The notes: generated by a model not told the origin, from the sequence alone. Positions 40,539 through 50,795 are shown, numbered from the stretch's first letter. The stretch: DNA of 64,000 nt from an uncultured Cytophagia bacterium (GCA_964539665.1 CAZIKB010000003.1:60062-124061), one strand, 5' to 3'. Made by a program: numbers and translations.

Positions 40539-41766
40539 TACCTCAAAAGGCAGAGCAATCAATTTGGTAATTAGCTACTTCAGTTATGCCTGGGATATAA
40601 ACGGTATTTCAGCCGGTGCGGCCATTAAAGCAAAAGAGTTTATCAACGCGATCGAAAAACACGGTCATACCGTCCATCTTGAATGGCGCATGCAACAACC
40701 AGGAAATGAACCGGATATTTCCACCAAAATTAAAGAAAGAATTAAACCATATTTGCAGAAGTATCTGCGTGAATCTCGTGTGCTGTTAAGTAATTTGGGA
40801 CACCTGAAAAATGAACACAAGATTCTTAAACAGCAAAAACCTGATATTTTTTTTCCACGTCTTGAATACGGAAATATCTCTTGTTTTTTACTATCTAAAT
40901 GGTTGAATATTCCAACAGTTGTAGAGGTTGATTGTCCGCCAACTCATGAATGGGAAACATTTTATGCTCAGGATGCACTAAAATTTGGTGATTTGTCGTT
41001 AAAATTGGAAATAGTAACTTTGAAGCAGGCTGATGCTGTTATAGTTCAATCTAATCAGTTGATGAGTTACTATGAGTCGCTGGGCGTGTCAAAAGAGAAA
41101 ATATATGTGATTCCGAATGCGGCTGATATAAAAAAATTTCAACCGCGTGAGAAGTATGAGTCTGTTGTTTCTGAATATAAGTTGCAGGATAAAATAGTAA
41201 TTGGTTGGATAGGCGCCGGCTATGCCTGGACCGGCATTGATGTTGTCATAGATATGGCTAAAAAATTAATGCGAAATTACCCTTCAGTGCGATTTTTAAT
41301 GGTAGGCAGTAAACACAATATGGACGTTTTTCAGACACATTTTAATTCCAAAGATTTTGAGGACAGAGTAATTTTACCTGGCTTTGTACCGCATGAAAAA
41401 ATGCCTGATTATCTTTCATGTATGGATATTGTGTTGGCGCCGTATCCAAAACTTGACTTTTTCTACGCATCATCCATGAAACTTTTTGAATATATGGCAG
41501 CCGGAAAAGCAATTGTAGCTACCCGCATCGGTCAGATGGCAGAGGTAATTCAGGATGGAATAAATGGATTCTTATTTGAGCCTGATTTGTCCAGTGAGTT
41601 GTATGAAAAGGTGGAATTATTAGTCACATCCGAAGCGCTGCGTAAGAAGATATCTCAAAATGCACGGTACGATGCTGAACGAAAGTGGAATTGGGACCAA
41701 GTCGGAAATAAAATGATTCAGGTATTTGAAGAGGTTTTAACTAAGCGAAATGCACATCGCTGTTGA
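40507..41766 (+). CDS. GT4 glycosyltransferase
   Basis: It has a TTG start that overlaps the upstream gene, so the true start is uncertain. The C-domain has FVPHEKMPDYL...FEYMAAGKAIVAT and an E-x7-E motif. Length is 419 aa. Confidence 0.65.
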   Translation: MVFVCNKIITNTSKGRAINLVISYFSYAWDINGISAGAAIKAKEFINAIEKHGHTVHLEWRMQQPGNEPDISTKIKERIKPYLQKYLRESRVLLSNLGHLKNEHKILKQQKPDIFFPRLEYGNISCFLLSKWLNIPTVVEVDCPPTHEWETFYAQDALKFGDLSLKLEIVTLKQADAVIVQSNQLMSYYESLGVSKEKIYVIPNAADIKKFQPREKYESVVSEYKLQDKIVIGWIGAGYAWTGIDVVIDMAKKLMRNYPSVRFLMVGSKHNMDVFQTHFNSKDFEDRVILPGFVPHEKMPDYLSCMDIVLAPYPKLDFFYASSMKLFEYMAAGKAIVATRIGQMAEVIQDGINGFLFEPDLSSELYEKVELLVTSEALRKKISQNARYDAERKWNWDQVGNKMIQVFEEVLTKRNAHRC

Positions 41767-41922
41767 AGAAGTAACCTTCCGATGGTTTATTAATATATAA
41801 ATTCCTGTATGTTGAGTTTAATTGATTTACACACTACATACAGTAAGTCAATAATCCTTCTGAAGGTTTTCAGCACTTAATCAACAAAGTCATGCACGTT
41901 TGAAAATTACCAGTAAAATTCT

Positions 41923-43731
41923 ATGATTAAAAAAATATTAATCTTTGTAGCAGTTACAAGTATCCTTTTAGCCGTGGTTTTATGGTTTGGTCAAAGACCT
42001 ATTTTAGAGTGGGTCAAAAAGAATCCGGATCTTTATAGGGTACTTCAAAAGGGAAATGCGAAATTTAAATCAATCACGAATCAAACTAATAGCTTGGGCG
42101 ATTTAAATAAAAATGAAAGCATGACTGAAGCACATTTGGTGATAGACTACAATAAGTCACTCGGCCAATTTAACAAATTTTGGCGTGGATTTGGAATAGA
42201 TTCTTTTAATAATGGAATTTTGTTACCGTTCAATTATGAATTTTTAAAAACAGCCGGCCAATCAAAGGATGACAGTCAACTTTTCACTCACGTTAATGTC
42301 AAAGGAATATTTGCTGACCCTCCAAATAACAAAGTCAATGATATTGGAGGTCATGTCTACAAAGAAAATGCCGATGGAAAAGTAGAATATAATTGGAAAA
42401 TTGTTGACAAAGTTTTTGATAGTATATTAGAAAACAATTTAAAACCAGTGATTTCTTTAAGCTACATGCCCGAGGACCTGGCTTCAAATGTGAATAAAAA
42501 AAATCCATGGAATCATGCTGTAGTTTCACCGCCAACAGACTACAATAAGTGGCGGGACCTGGTTTATGCCACGATTGAACATTTACAGGATAGGTACGGT
42601 ACGGATGAGATAAAGGATTGGTATTTTGAAGTTTGGAACGAACCAGACATGCCTCAATTTTTTTGGAAAAAACATCCTGATCGCAAACGATATCCCAAAA
42701 GAGGGGATAATTTAGAATATTTTAAACTGTATGATTATACTATCGATGGTGCCATTGACGCCGAACCTGATTTACAAATTGGCGGGCCTGCAATAGCCGG
42801 TGATATTTTTTTATTTATTAATGAATGGTTTTCGCATTGCCTGAATGCAAAAAATTACAAAACCGGCAAAACAGGTACAAGGATTGATTTTTTATCACGC
42901 CATTGTTACGGTAATATTGAAAATAGAATTTTACCCGGTATTATGCAATTTGTGGGTAAGTCTAAAGAAAACGGTCTGGAGATTTTTAATAGATCAAAAT
43001 TTCTGATTTCTGAAGCAGGGCCGAGTACCGTGCCTAAAAAATGGCTAAATACTCGCTATGTCGCTGCCTGGATTGTAAAATTGATTGACGGTATTTGTTA
43101 TCTGGGCGACCAGAAAGGGGAAGACTATATTCCTGATTTGCTGTTATTCTGGACAAAACCGATCCCAGCGAATTTTGATACCCATTTTGGTTTGATGACT
43201 GCTCTGGGTAATAAATGGCACCCATCATCAAACGCGTTGATTAAAAGACCCGCATTCAACGCTTTTGATTCTTTAAATAAAATGGGACCGGTTAGATTGG
43301 TAGTAGAAGGTACACAATTTGGCGACCCAATTCATGCTTTGGCAGCAAAAAGTCAAAACGAGTCAGTTCAGATATTATTATATCATTTAAGGGAAGATGA
43401 TTATTTTAATGAAAACTCACGCAACTACCCGGCTTATTTAAAAATAAATAATTTACCCGAAGGGAAATACAGATCTGATATGTATGTAATTGATGAATCC
43501 CGCAGCAACGGCTTTACACTTTGGAAGAGCCTTGGCAGACCAGCTAAGCCAGGCAAAGCACAATTGCGACAACTACAACAAAACGATGATTTAGAGCTGG
43601 TCGAAACCAAATTTGAATCCATCAATAATGAAAGAAAATATGAAAAATTGATTAATTTGCAAAATAATAGTGTAGCTTTATTAATTTTATCAAAGGTCAA
43701 TTCTGTTGGTAACCTTAATGCAGCAAATTAA
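41923..43731 (+). CDS. Membrane-anchored GH39-like glycoside hydrolase (PslG-like)
   Basis: It has an N-terminal TM anchor, and the WYFEVWNEPD motif is the GH39/GH-A catalytic acid-base NEP signature. Length is 602 aa. Confidence 0.6.
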   Translation: MIKKILIFVAVTSILLAVVLWFGQRPILEWVKKNPDLYRVLQKGNAKFKSITNQTNSLGDLNKNESMTEAHLVIDYNKSLGQFNKFWRGFGIDSFNNGILLPFNYEFLKTAGQSKDDSQLFTHVNVKGIFADPPNNKVNDIGGHVYKENADGKVEYNWKIVDKVFDSILENNLKPVISLSYMPEDLASNVNKKNPWNHAVVSPPTDYNKWRDLVYATIEHLQDRYGTDEIKDWYFEVWNEPDMPQFFWKKHPDRKRYPKRGDNLEYFKLYDYTIDGAIDAEPDLQIGGPAIAGDIFLFINEWFSHCLNAKNYKTGKTGTRIDFLSRHCYGNIENRILPGIMQFVGKSKENGLEIFNRSKFLISEAGPSTVPKKWLNTRYVAAWIVKLIDGICYLGDQKGEDYIPDLLLFWTKPIPANFDTHFGLMTALGNKWHPSSNALIKRPAFNAFDSLNKMGPVRLVVEGTQFGDPIHALAAKSQNESVQILLYHLREDDYFNENSRNYPAYLKINNLPEGKYRSDMYVIDESRSNGFTLWKSLGRPAKPGKAQLRQLQQNDDLELVETKFESINNERKYEKLINLQNNSVALLILSKVNSVGNLNAAN

Positions 43732-43767
43732 GTTCAATAATTTGAATATTTAAAAGGAGATAACATA

Positions 43768-45645
43768 TTGAATTCAAATTATTCCAAACAAAATAGCGTA
43801 ATTCATCAAATTAAGATTAGCTTTTTGGGGGGACTTTTGACCGGTATAATTATCGGTGGCTCTCTGGCAATTTATAACACCTGGTTTTTAAATTACTATA
43901 TTCAGAAAGGGCTAACTCATTTTGTCATTGAAATATTCAGTGAATATATCATTCAAGCCACTTTGGCTGCAACTTTGATCTTTTTATTTTTATTACCTTT
44001 TGTGGCTTTTTTTAGTCAAACCATTTCAGAAATTAGGGCCATTCGTCTGGCAAGATTCACATTAATGCTGGTCGGAATAATCTGGGTAATTGGCGGCTAT
44101 CAAATAAACAAATCTATCTGGTTCCCACCGATAGCTTCTGCGAAAGGCATTTTAGGAAACATGTTTTACAGTTTCATCTGTCTGGGATTGGCTTTTCTTT
44201 TATACAAAATAATGATGGCATTTCGTTTAAAACTGCCTTTGCCATTTGCTGGATTATTGCATAAATTATACAATGGCAAATTATTGAGTGCAATTGCGTC
44301 AATTTTTATTGTTGCGAATGGATGTACCATTTATCATCTCGCAAACCATAAACCTAATAGTCCCAATGTTGTAATTCTTTCGATTGATACGTTACGTGCT
44401 GATCATCTTGGTTGTTATGGTTATGAAAGGAATACGAGCCCAACTATTGATAAATTAGCCAGCGAGGGCGTTCAATTCTCTAATTGTTATGCTCAACGTG
44501 GTCTAACCTGGCCGTCACTAACATCAATAATGACTGCCATGTATCCGAAAACTCATGGAGTCAGACGCAATCAGGTTCCGCTTGACGGCAAAAATATTAC
44601 CATCGCCGAAATTCTTAAAAATGAAGGGTACAAGACCGGTGCATTTCTTGCAAATTATTATTTTTCACCAAATCGTGGTTTCGACACCAAAATGGGTGGT
44701 GAAATTGGCGATCTGGATTATGCCATCACGGGGCAAGCTTTAGGTTGGCTGAATGGGATTAATCCTCAGGAAGACAATTTTTTCTTGTGGATTCACTATA
44801 AAAATCCTCATTTACCTTATGAACCGCCTGAACCGTTTACAAATATGTTTGACTCAACTTATACCGGCCAGTACGATGGTTCAAGGAAGTCAGTCAATTC
44901 GATTTATGTGAATAAAACAGAACTCGAAGAAAGAGATCTTGACCACATTGTTGCACTTTATGATGCTGAGATAAGATCTACAGACAGCTATATTGAACTT
45001 ATCCTGCAAAAGCTCAAAGCCATGAATGTGTATGATAATACAATTATTGTCTTCATCTCTGACCATGGTGAAGAGCTTTATGAGCGTAATTATTATTTTG
45101 ATCATGCTTGCTCAATCTACGATGGTGTTTTGCGAATTCCTTTGGTCATAAAATATTCGGATGTTATTCCGGCTGGGAAAATAATGGAAAATCAGATTGA
45201 AAGTATTGATATCACCCCAACCATCCTCAATATTTTAAAAGTTCCTTTACGTGATGAATTTGAAGGTCGCAGTATATTTGGAATGATATTAGATGATTCT
45301 TCTGATGTATGGTTTCCTTCTTTTGCTGACCGCTCAATTGTCATAAATTCCATTCGAACACCGCAGTGGAAATATATTTATAATCCGGAAGATTACCATG
45401 CAGTGTGTGTAACTGGCGCCGTAGAGGATGATGGAGAAGGTTATGATGTTGAAATTGAAGAACTTTATAATATACAAACCGATCCGTCTGAGCAAGTAAA
45501 TCTGGCTGAGCAATTTCCGAATATTGCTAAAGAATTACGCGCAGAGATCATAAACTGGCTCAATACCAACAAGAAAGTACATAAAGAATATACACTGTCC
45601 AAAGAAGCAGAAAAAAGACTGCGTGCCCTGGGATACGTCAAATGA
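43768..45645 (+). CDS. Polytopic membrane protein with a sulfatase-family (LtaS/EptA-like) domain, Thr nucleophile and a C-terminal ...KRLRALGYVK tail
   Basis: It has about 5 N-terminal TM helices. The sulfatase domain has a VVILSIDTLRADH motif, a nucleophile region GLTWPSLTSIMTAMYP (T-W-P-S-L instead of C-x-P-S-R) and an ISDHGEEL motif. Length is 625 aa with a TTG start. Confidence 0.65.
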   Translation: MNSNYSKQNSVIHQIKISFLGGLLTGIIIGGSLAIYNTWFLNYYIQKGLTHFVIEIFSEYIIQATLAATLIFLFLLPFVAFFSQTISEIRAIRLARFTLMLVGIIWVIGGYQINKSIWFPPIASAKGILGNMFYSFICLGLAFLLYKIMMAFRLKLPLPFAGLLHKLYNGKLLSAIASIFIVANGCTIYHLANHKPNSPNVVILSIDTLRADHLGCYGYERNTSPTIDKLASEGVQFSNCYAQRGLTWPSLTSIMTAMYPKTHGVRRNQVPLDGKNITIAEILKNEGYKTGAFLANYYFSPNRGFDTKMGGEIGDLDYAITGQALGWLNGINPQEDNFFLWIHYKNPHLPYEPPEPFTNMFDSTYTGQYDGSRKSVNSIYVNKTELEERDLDHIVALYDAEIRSTDSYIELILQKLKAMNVYDNTIIVFISDHGEELYERNYYFDHACSIYDGVLRIPLVIKYSDVIPAGKIMENQIESIDITPTILNILKVPLRDEFEGRSIFGMILDDSSDVWFPSFADRSIVINSIRTPQWKYIYNPEDYHAVCVTGAVEDDGEGYDVEIEELYNIQTDPSEQVNLAEQFPNIAKELRAEIINWLNTNKKVHKEYTLSKEAEKRLRALGYVK

Positions 45646-45854
45646 AATCCTTATCCGAATTATCTCAGCATCGAGCATAAAATTGTCATACCGAATCCGT
45701 TTTAGCGAGTGAGTAATCTGAGTTCTTACAAGATTTAGCTTTGTAGTAGTGTTTGAACCGGAAATAAATGGATAACCTGCAATAATGGACTAAAGATAGT
45801 ATTATAATTTGTTGACCTTACTATATCCAAAATTTAAGTGAAGGATGATTTGAG

Positions 45855-47513
45855 ATGAACAAAACAAATCATAGAGGAATTTTATTCTTTTTGAAGATAG
45901 GTATAATATCCGGTTTAATGTATGGCTTAATTTTAGGCTTGGTGAGATTATTAAGTCATGACGCTGTAAGAGCCTACTATTCAGCAAATTTTACAGATGT
46001 CCTGTTTTCATATACACAGGATTTTCTTAATCAAACCGTCATAATAACTTTGCTCGTATTTATTGTAATTGAAATGACTTTCTATTTTTTAAACAAATTA
46101 TTTGCAACCGCAGATAATAAGATAGTAAAATATTCAAGAATGATCGCGATTAATGGATTTTTCTTTTTATTAATTTTCTATTATTTAAATATTCAACACT
46201 GGTTTCCATCGATGTTGTCTAATAGCGCTTTATTGTACTACATAATTATTCTCGCGGGCAATGCTTTATTACTGTTATTATTCAATCGAATCAGAAACAA
46301 AATAGTTGTTCATGATTCTTTTAAATCCATTAAATTGCCAGTAATTACTGTTATCGTTTTATTATTGTTTAGCAATGTATTTAGTTATTTTCAAAAGAGT
46401 AAATTAAAAGCTGAAACACCGATAAATGTCATAATGATTGTGATTGATGCCCTGCGCGCCGGGCAGTTAGGTTGTTACGGATATGATCTGCCTACAACTC
46501 CGAACATCGATGCATTTGCTCAAGAAAGCCTTAGATTCACGAGCAGCTTTTCACCGAGCAACCATACTAAACCTTCCACAGCATCGCTTTTTACTTCGCT
46601 CTATCCTTCGCAACATAACGTTATTCTAGGAAATAGGTCAAATAATTCCGGGGAGTATTTCTCAGATGTTTTAGATGAATCATTCAAAACGATTGCAGAA
46701 TATTTGTATGAAGCAGATTATAACACGGCCGGGTTTCTAAACCAGGGTCAATTGCGTAAATATTTGGGATTTGCACAGGGATTTATCTATTATAATTCCC
46801 GGTTAGGAAGGGCGCCGCAAATTAATCGTGAATTTTTGCGTTGGCTGCCCATGAATAAACATAGAAAATTTTTTGCATACATACATTATTTGGATGTACA
46901 CGGCCCTTATGATCCGCCTGAGAAATATCGAAAAATATTTAATGTGAATGAGCTGACCAGCGAAATTCCGGAGCGTGCTAAAAATTGGCGAAAATTTAAA
47001 AAAGACTTTGAGAGCGGTGCTTTAGAATTTACGCCTGAGGACCTGGAAAATTTGAAAGCGCTTTACAATGCTGAACTTAAATCCGTTGATGATCAGCTTG
47101 GAATACTTTTTCAGGAATTGAAAAGGCAAGGAGTATATGAAAACAGTCTAATCATAATCACGGCTGACCACGGTGAGTCGTTTGTTGAACATGGCGAAAT
47201 AGATCATGGCTCCACTTTGTTCGATGAAGTTTTACGCGTACCTTTAATAATCCATTATCCTAACCAGGAAAAAACCGGCGTAGTAGATGCAAATGTGCAA
47301 ACTCTTGATTTACTGCCGACCATTTTAGATTATTTAAATATTACGCCTTCAAAAGACTTGATGGGACAAAGTATTTTAAAGTATTCAAATGGCAGCATTG
47401 AGCACGATGAATATCCTATTTTCTGTGAAAGAAATAATCTGGTCTCATTGATCTTTGGTAAAGATAAATATATTTTTGATAAAATAGCCAGACGGGGGAA
47501 CTCTATAACTTAG
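45855..47513 (+). CDS. Membrane-anchored sulfatase-family protein (third copy); the reading frame is interrupted at a GGGGG run and the ORF continues to 47691 in another frame
   Basis: It has a VIMIVIDALRAG motif, a nucleophile region NHTKPSTASLFTSLYP (Thr, no CxPxR) and an ITADHGESF motif. The annotated frame stops at 47513 after ...ARRGNSIT. The +2 frame from the G-run encodes GELYNLEIDPGERN...IEKLKSLGYIK*, ending at 47691. Confidence 0.55.
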   Translation: MNKTNHRGILFFLKIGIISGLMYGLILGLVRLLSHDAVRAYYSANFTDVLFSYTQDFLNQTVIITLLVFIVIEMTFYFLNKLFATADNKIVKYSRMIAINGFFFLLIFYYLNIQHWFPSMLSNSALLYYIIILAGNALLLLLFNRIRNKIVVHDSFKSIKLPVITVIVLLLFSNVFSYFQKSKLKAETPINVIMIVIDALRAGQLGCYGYDLPTTPNIDAFAQESLRFTSSFSPSNHTKPSTASLFTSLYPSQHNVILGNRSNNSGEYFSDVLDESFKTIAEYLYEADYNTAGFLNQGQLRKYLGFAQGFIYYNSRLGRAPQINREFLRWLPMNKHRKFFAYIHYLDVHGPYDPPEKYRKIFNVNELTSEIPERAKNWRKFKKDFESGALEFTPEDLENLKALYNAELKSVDDQLGILFQELKRQGVYENSLIIITADHGESFVEHGEIDHGSTLFDEVLRVPLIIHYPNQEKTGVVDANVQTLDLLPTILDYLNITPSKDLMGQSILKYSNGSIEHDEYPIFCERNNLVSLIFGKDKYIFDKIARRGNSIT

Positions 47514-47833
47514 AAATAGATCCGGGAGAGCGGAATAAAATTAATTCCCGGAATAGTGAATTAGAGCAGAAAATGAAAGCTATGGTTTTAGAATGGAGTG
47601 AGGCCATGAAACTCGTTAGTAAAAAGTCAGAAGGTACTAAATTAGATAAAGAAACCATCGAAAAACTTAAAAGTCTGGGATATATCAAATAAGACTGTTG
47701 AATTAAGGTCAAGTGCCATCTAATATTCTCAGTCGGGCGAATTCCATGGTTGGAAAAACGCATTCACTTCATTATTAGCCACGTGGCAGAGTGATTCCAA
47801 ATCAACGTACACTTCAGAATAAACCTAAATGAA

Positions 47834-47962
47834 TTGTCAAATTATGATTATAAGCTGTCATTTGGTTGTCATTAAGTCATCTGTTGTCATTGATTTAATG
47901 ACCTAATGACCATGAATGACATTGTGACTGAAACAGTAGTTCAGGTATACTGTTTGTCATTG
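47834..47962. promoter_or_regulatory. Dense array of TTGTCAT(T) / AATGAC repeats (at least 8 copies in both orientations within about 130 bp) upstream of the sulfation module
   Basis: Copies were read directly: ttgtcaa 47834, ctgtcatt 47856, ttgtcatt 47866, ttgtcatt 47884, aatgacc 47898 and 47905, aatgacatt 47915 and ttgtcatt 47954. Confidence 0.4.
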
Positions 47963-48290
47963 AATATTGCAATGATAATCAGTAATCATTCCACTATAAT
48001 TGTTGCTCCCTTAATATTTTCCTCAGAAGTTAATATATCAGGCATTAAGCAAAAAATTATGAGAAGCTTTTGTTATACATTGTTTCATACTGTAACACAA
48101 AAAAATGTTGATCCGTTTTAAGACAATTATTTTTATGCCGATATTAATTTTGTAGTCGGTCTTTTTAAGTAAGTTCGTATTAATAAAGCACTAAATGTTT
48201 ATAATTTACATTGGTATAAATTTTGCTAAAGTATTGCGACTGACTTCAAAAATGTTCATTATACGTGATATTAAGACGTGAGGAAAATAT

Positions 48291-48590
48291 ATGTCGGAAC
48301 AGAACCGAAAAAGAGTAATTGGTAAGGCAATTACTTATAGAGGACTTGGCACATTAGTTACTATATCAGTAATATATATTTTCACTGGAAAATTGGCGCT
48401 TTCATTTGGTGTCGGACTTGTTGAGGTCGTTGCTAAAATGCTTTTTTATTACCTGCATGAACGACTTTGGGAGAAAATATCATGGGGTAAAGATAAACAT
48501 CCTCTTGCTGGAATCCCTGTTAAAAAGGAGCTTGAACCTGAAGACAAAGTATTGCTTGAAGAGAGATTAAAAGAGCTTGGATATTTATAA
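48291..48590 (+). CDS. DUF2061-family small membrane protein with a C-terminal ...EERLKELGYL tail
   Basis: It has the RVIGKAITYRGLGT...YYLHERLW motif (DUF2061). Length is 99 aa, with an AGGAAA RBS. Confidence 0.6.
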   Translation: MSEQNRKRVIGKAITYRGLGTLVTISVIYIFTGKLALSFGVGLVEVVAKMLFYYLHERLWEKISWGKDKHPLAGIPVKKELEPEDKVLLEERLKELGYL

Positions 48591-48611
48591 AAATCGAATT
48601 ATTGGGAGCAA

Positions 48612-50795
48612 ATGATGAATCGAAAATACTCGTTAATTACTTTACTCATTTTATTGGTATTCTTAATTATCGATGCACAGCCTGCTTTTGCATATATCGG
48701 CCCCGGCGCCGGTTTTGCATTTTTAACTTCATTTGCAATGCTATTTGCCAGTTTCTTTATGGCTTTTTTTACATTGCTAACCTGGCCTTTCCGGGTTTTT
48801 TTACGGTTTTTCAAAAGAAGAAAAGCTTTAGCCAGAGCTAAAACAGATCGGGTTGTGATTCTGGGCCTTGACGGTCTTGACCCAACTATCACAGAACGCA
48901 TGCTACAGGAAGGTAAATTACCAAATTTGAAAAAACTTAAAGAGCAAGGTTCTTACAAACATTTACAGACCACTTATCCAGCTCTCTCGCCAGTTGCCTG
49001 GTCAGCCTTTGCAACTGGAGTTAATCCTGGTCGACATAACATTTTTGATTTTCTTTCACGCAATCGATTCAACTATTTACCCGAATTATCCTCTTCAAAA
49101 GTTGGGTCTCCAAATCGAAAAATATCCCTGGGAAAATTCGAAATCCCGCTTGGCAAACCGATTGTTCGATTATTACGTCGCAGCAAAAGCTTCTGGACAA
49201 TATTGGGAGAGAACGGTATTTTCAGTCATGTACTTCGTGTACCAATCACTTTCCCACCTGAAAAATTTAACGGAGCGTTACTTTCAGCGATGTGTACTCC
49301 GGACCTCTGGGGAACGCAAGGCACTTTTTCCTACTTCACGACTGATACAACTAATAAAAAATTTAAAGAGGGAGGAGAGACTGCAGTTGTGAAATGGGTA
49401 GGCGATAGAATTGAGGGATTTATTAAAGGCCCTGAGAACTCCATTACTAAAAAGCATGAGTCGATGAAGCTCCCTTTTGAAGTAAAGATTTTGAGTGATG
49501 ACGAAATAGAACTGATAATAGAAAAAAAGAAATACAACCTAAAAAAGAAAAAATACACCGATTGGATTGAATTGAAATTTAAAGCCGGAATGGGGATCAA
49601 AGTACATGGTATTGCACGATTTTACCTGCTTGAAACCAATCCAGTTTTTAGATTGTATATGACGCCCATCAATATCGATCCGGAAAAGCCAGCGCTGCCA
49701 ATTTCTTACCCTTATTTCTATTCCGTTTATCTTTCTAAGTTATTCGGGAAATTCGCGACATTGGGTTTAGCGGAAGATACCTGGGCTTTGAACGAGGGCG
49801 TTCTTGATGAGGAAGCTTTTTTAGAGCAGGCATATCTAATTCATGAAGAACGTGAAAAACAATTTTTTCATACTTTAAGCAAAACCAGAAAAGGTTTGTG
49901 TTCAGTGGTATTTGATGCCAGTGATCGAATTCAGCACATGTTTTTCCGAACGCTTGAAGATGACCATCCTGCCAACCGAGGCAAAGAAACTGAAAAATAT
50001 AAAAATGTTATTGCCGATATGTATGAGCAAATGGATGACCTCGTTGGTAGAACCATGGCTAAAATAAATAAAGATGAGGTTTTTATTGTGCTCTCTGATC
50101 ATGGTTTTAAATCATTCAGACGCGGTATAAACCTGAATTCCTGGTTAAAAGCTAATGGTTATCTAAAGCTGAAAGACGGTAGGGAAGAGAGTGGGGAATT
50201 TTTTCAGGGTGTTGATTGGGAAAATACAAAAGCCTATGCATTCGGACTGACGGGTATTTACATCAATGTTAAAGGCCGGGAAAAGAACGGCATTGTCGCA
50301 CCAGGTGAAGAATTAAAAACACTCAAAGATGAGTTGATTGCTAAACTTTCCGGGATGTTAGATCCTGAAACCGGGGAAGTTGCCATTATCGAGATGTTTG
50401 ATAATAGTGAAATTTACAAGGGACCTTATACTAACAATGGACCCGACTTGATTAGTGGCTACAATAGCGGCTATCGAATTTCATGGAATGGCGCAACCGG
50501 GAATGTCAATGAGCAAATTTTTGAAGACAACGTTAAAGCCTGGAGCGGCGATCATTGTGTTGACCCGAGGCTTGTCCCCGGGGTGATTTTTAGCAACCAA
50601 AAAATTATGGCCGCTAAACCAGGTTTGATGGATATAGCGCCAACAGTTCTTGAATTATTTGGAATAACTAAACCAGGCTATATGGAAGGCCAGGATATCT
50701 TAAGTAGTGAACCAGAAGAGACAGCAAAAGATGAAGATATTCCCACCATAGTGCCAACAGTAAAAAAAACGGAGGTGGCTTCGGTCAATGAATAA
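48612..50795 (+). CDS. Membrane-anchored alkaline-phosphatase-superfamily protein (type I phosphodiesterase/nucleotide pyrophosphatase-like)
   Basis: It has two N-terminal hydrophobic segments followed by a KRRK cluster. Motifs include LGLDGLDP, a nucleophile region ALSPVAWSAFATGVNPGRHNIFDF and a later LSDHGF. Length is 727 aa. Confidence 0.6.
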   Translation: MMNRKYSLITLLILLVFLIIDAQPAFAYIGPGAGFAFLTSFAMLFASFFMAFFTLLTWPFRVFLRFFKRRKALARAKTDRVVILGLDGLDPTITERMLQEGKLPNLKKLKEQGSYKHLQTTYPALSPVAWSAFATGVNPGRHNIFDFLSRNRFNYLPELSSSKVGSPNRKISLGKFEIPLGKPIVRLLRRSKSFWTILGENGIFSHVLRVPITFPPEKFNGALLSAMCTPDLWGTQGTFSYFTTDTTNKKFKEGGETAVVKWVGDRIEGFIKGPENSITKKHESMKLPFEVKILSDDEIELIIEKKKYNLKKKKYTDWIELKFKAGMGIKVHGIARFYLLETNPVFRLYMTPINIDPEKPALPISYPYFYSVYLSKLFGKFATLGLAEDTWALNEGVLDEEAFLEQAYLIHEEREKQFFHTLSKTRKGLCSVVFDASDRIQHMFFRTLEDDHPANRGKETEKYKNVIADMYEQMDDLVGRTMAKINKDEVFIVLSDHGFKSFRRGINLNSWLKANGYLKLKDGREESGEFFQGVDWENTKAYAFGLTGIYINVKGREKNGIVAPGEELKTLKDELIAKLSGMLDPETGEVAIIEMFDNSEIYKGPYTNNGPDLISGYNSGYRISWNGATGNVNEQIFEDNVKAWSGDHCVDPRLVPGVIFSNQKIMAAKPGLMDIAPTVLELFGITKPGYMEGQDILSSEPEETAKDEDIPTIVPTVKKTEVASVNE

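Noticed and set aside
47906-48121. 71-aa ORF in the leader of the sulfation module
   Set aside because: It starts inside the TTGTCAT repeat array, is low-complexity (ISNHSTIIVAPLIFSSE), and lacks an RBS and any homology signal. It is treated as noncoding.
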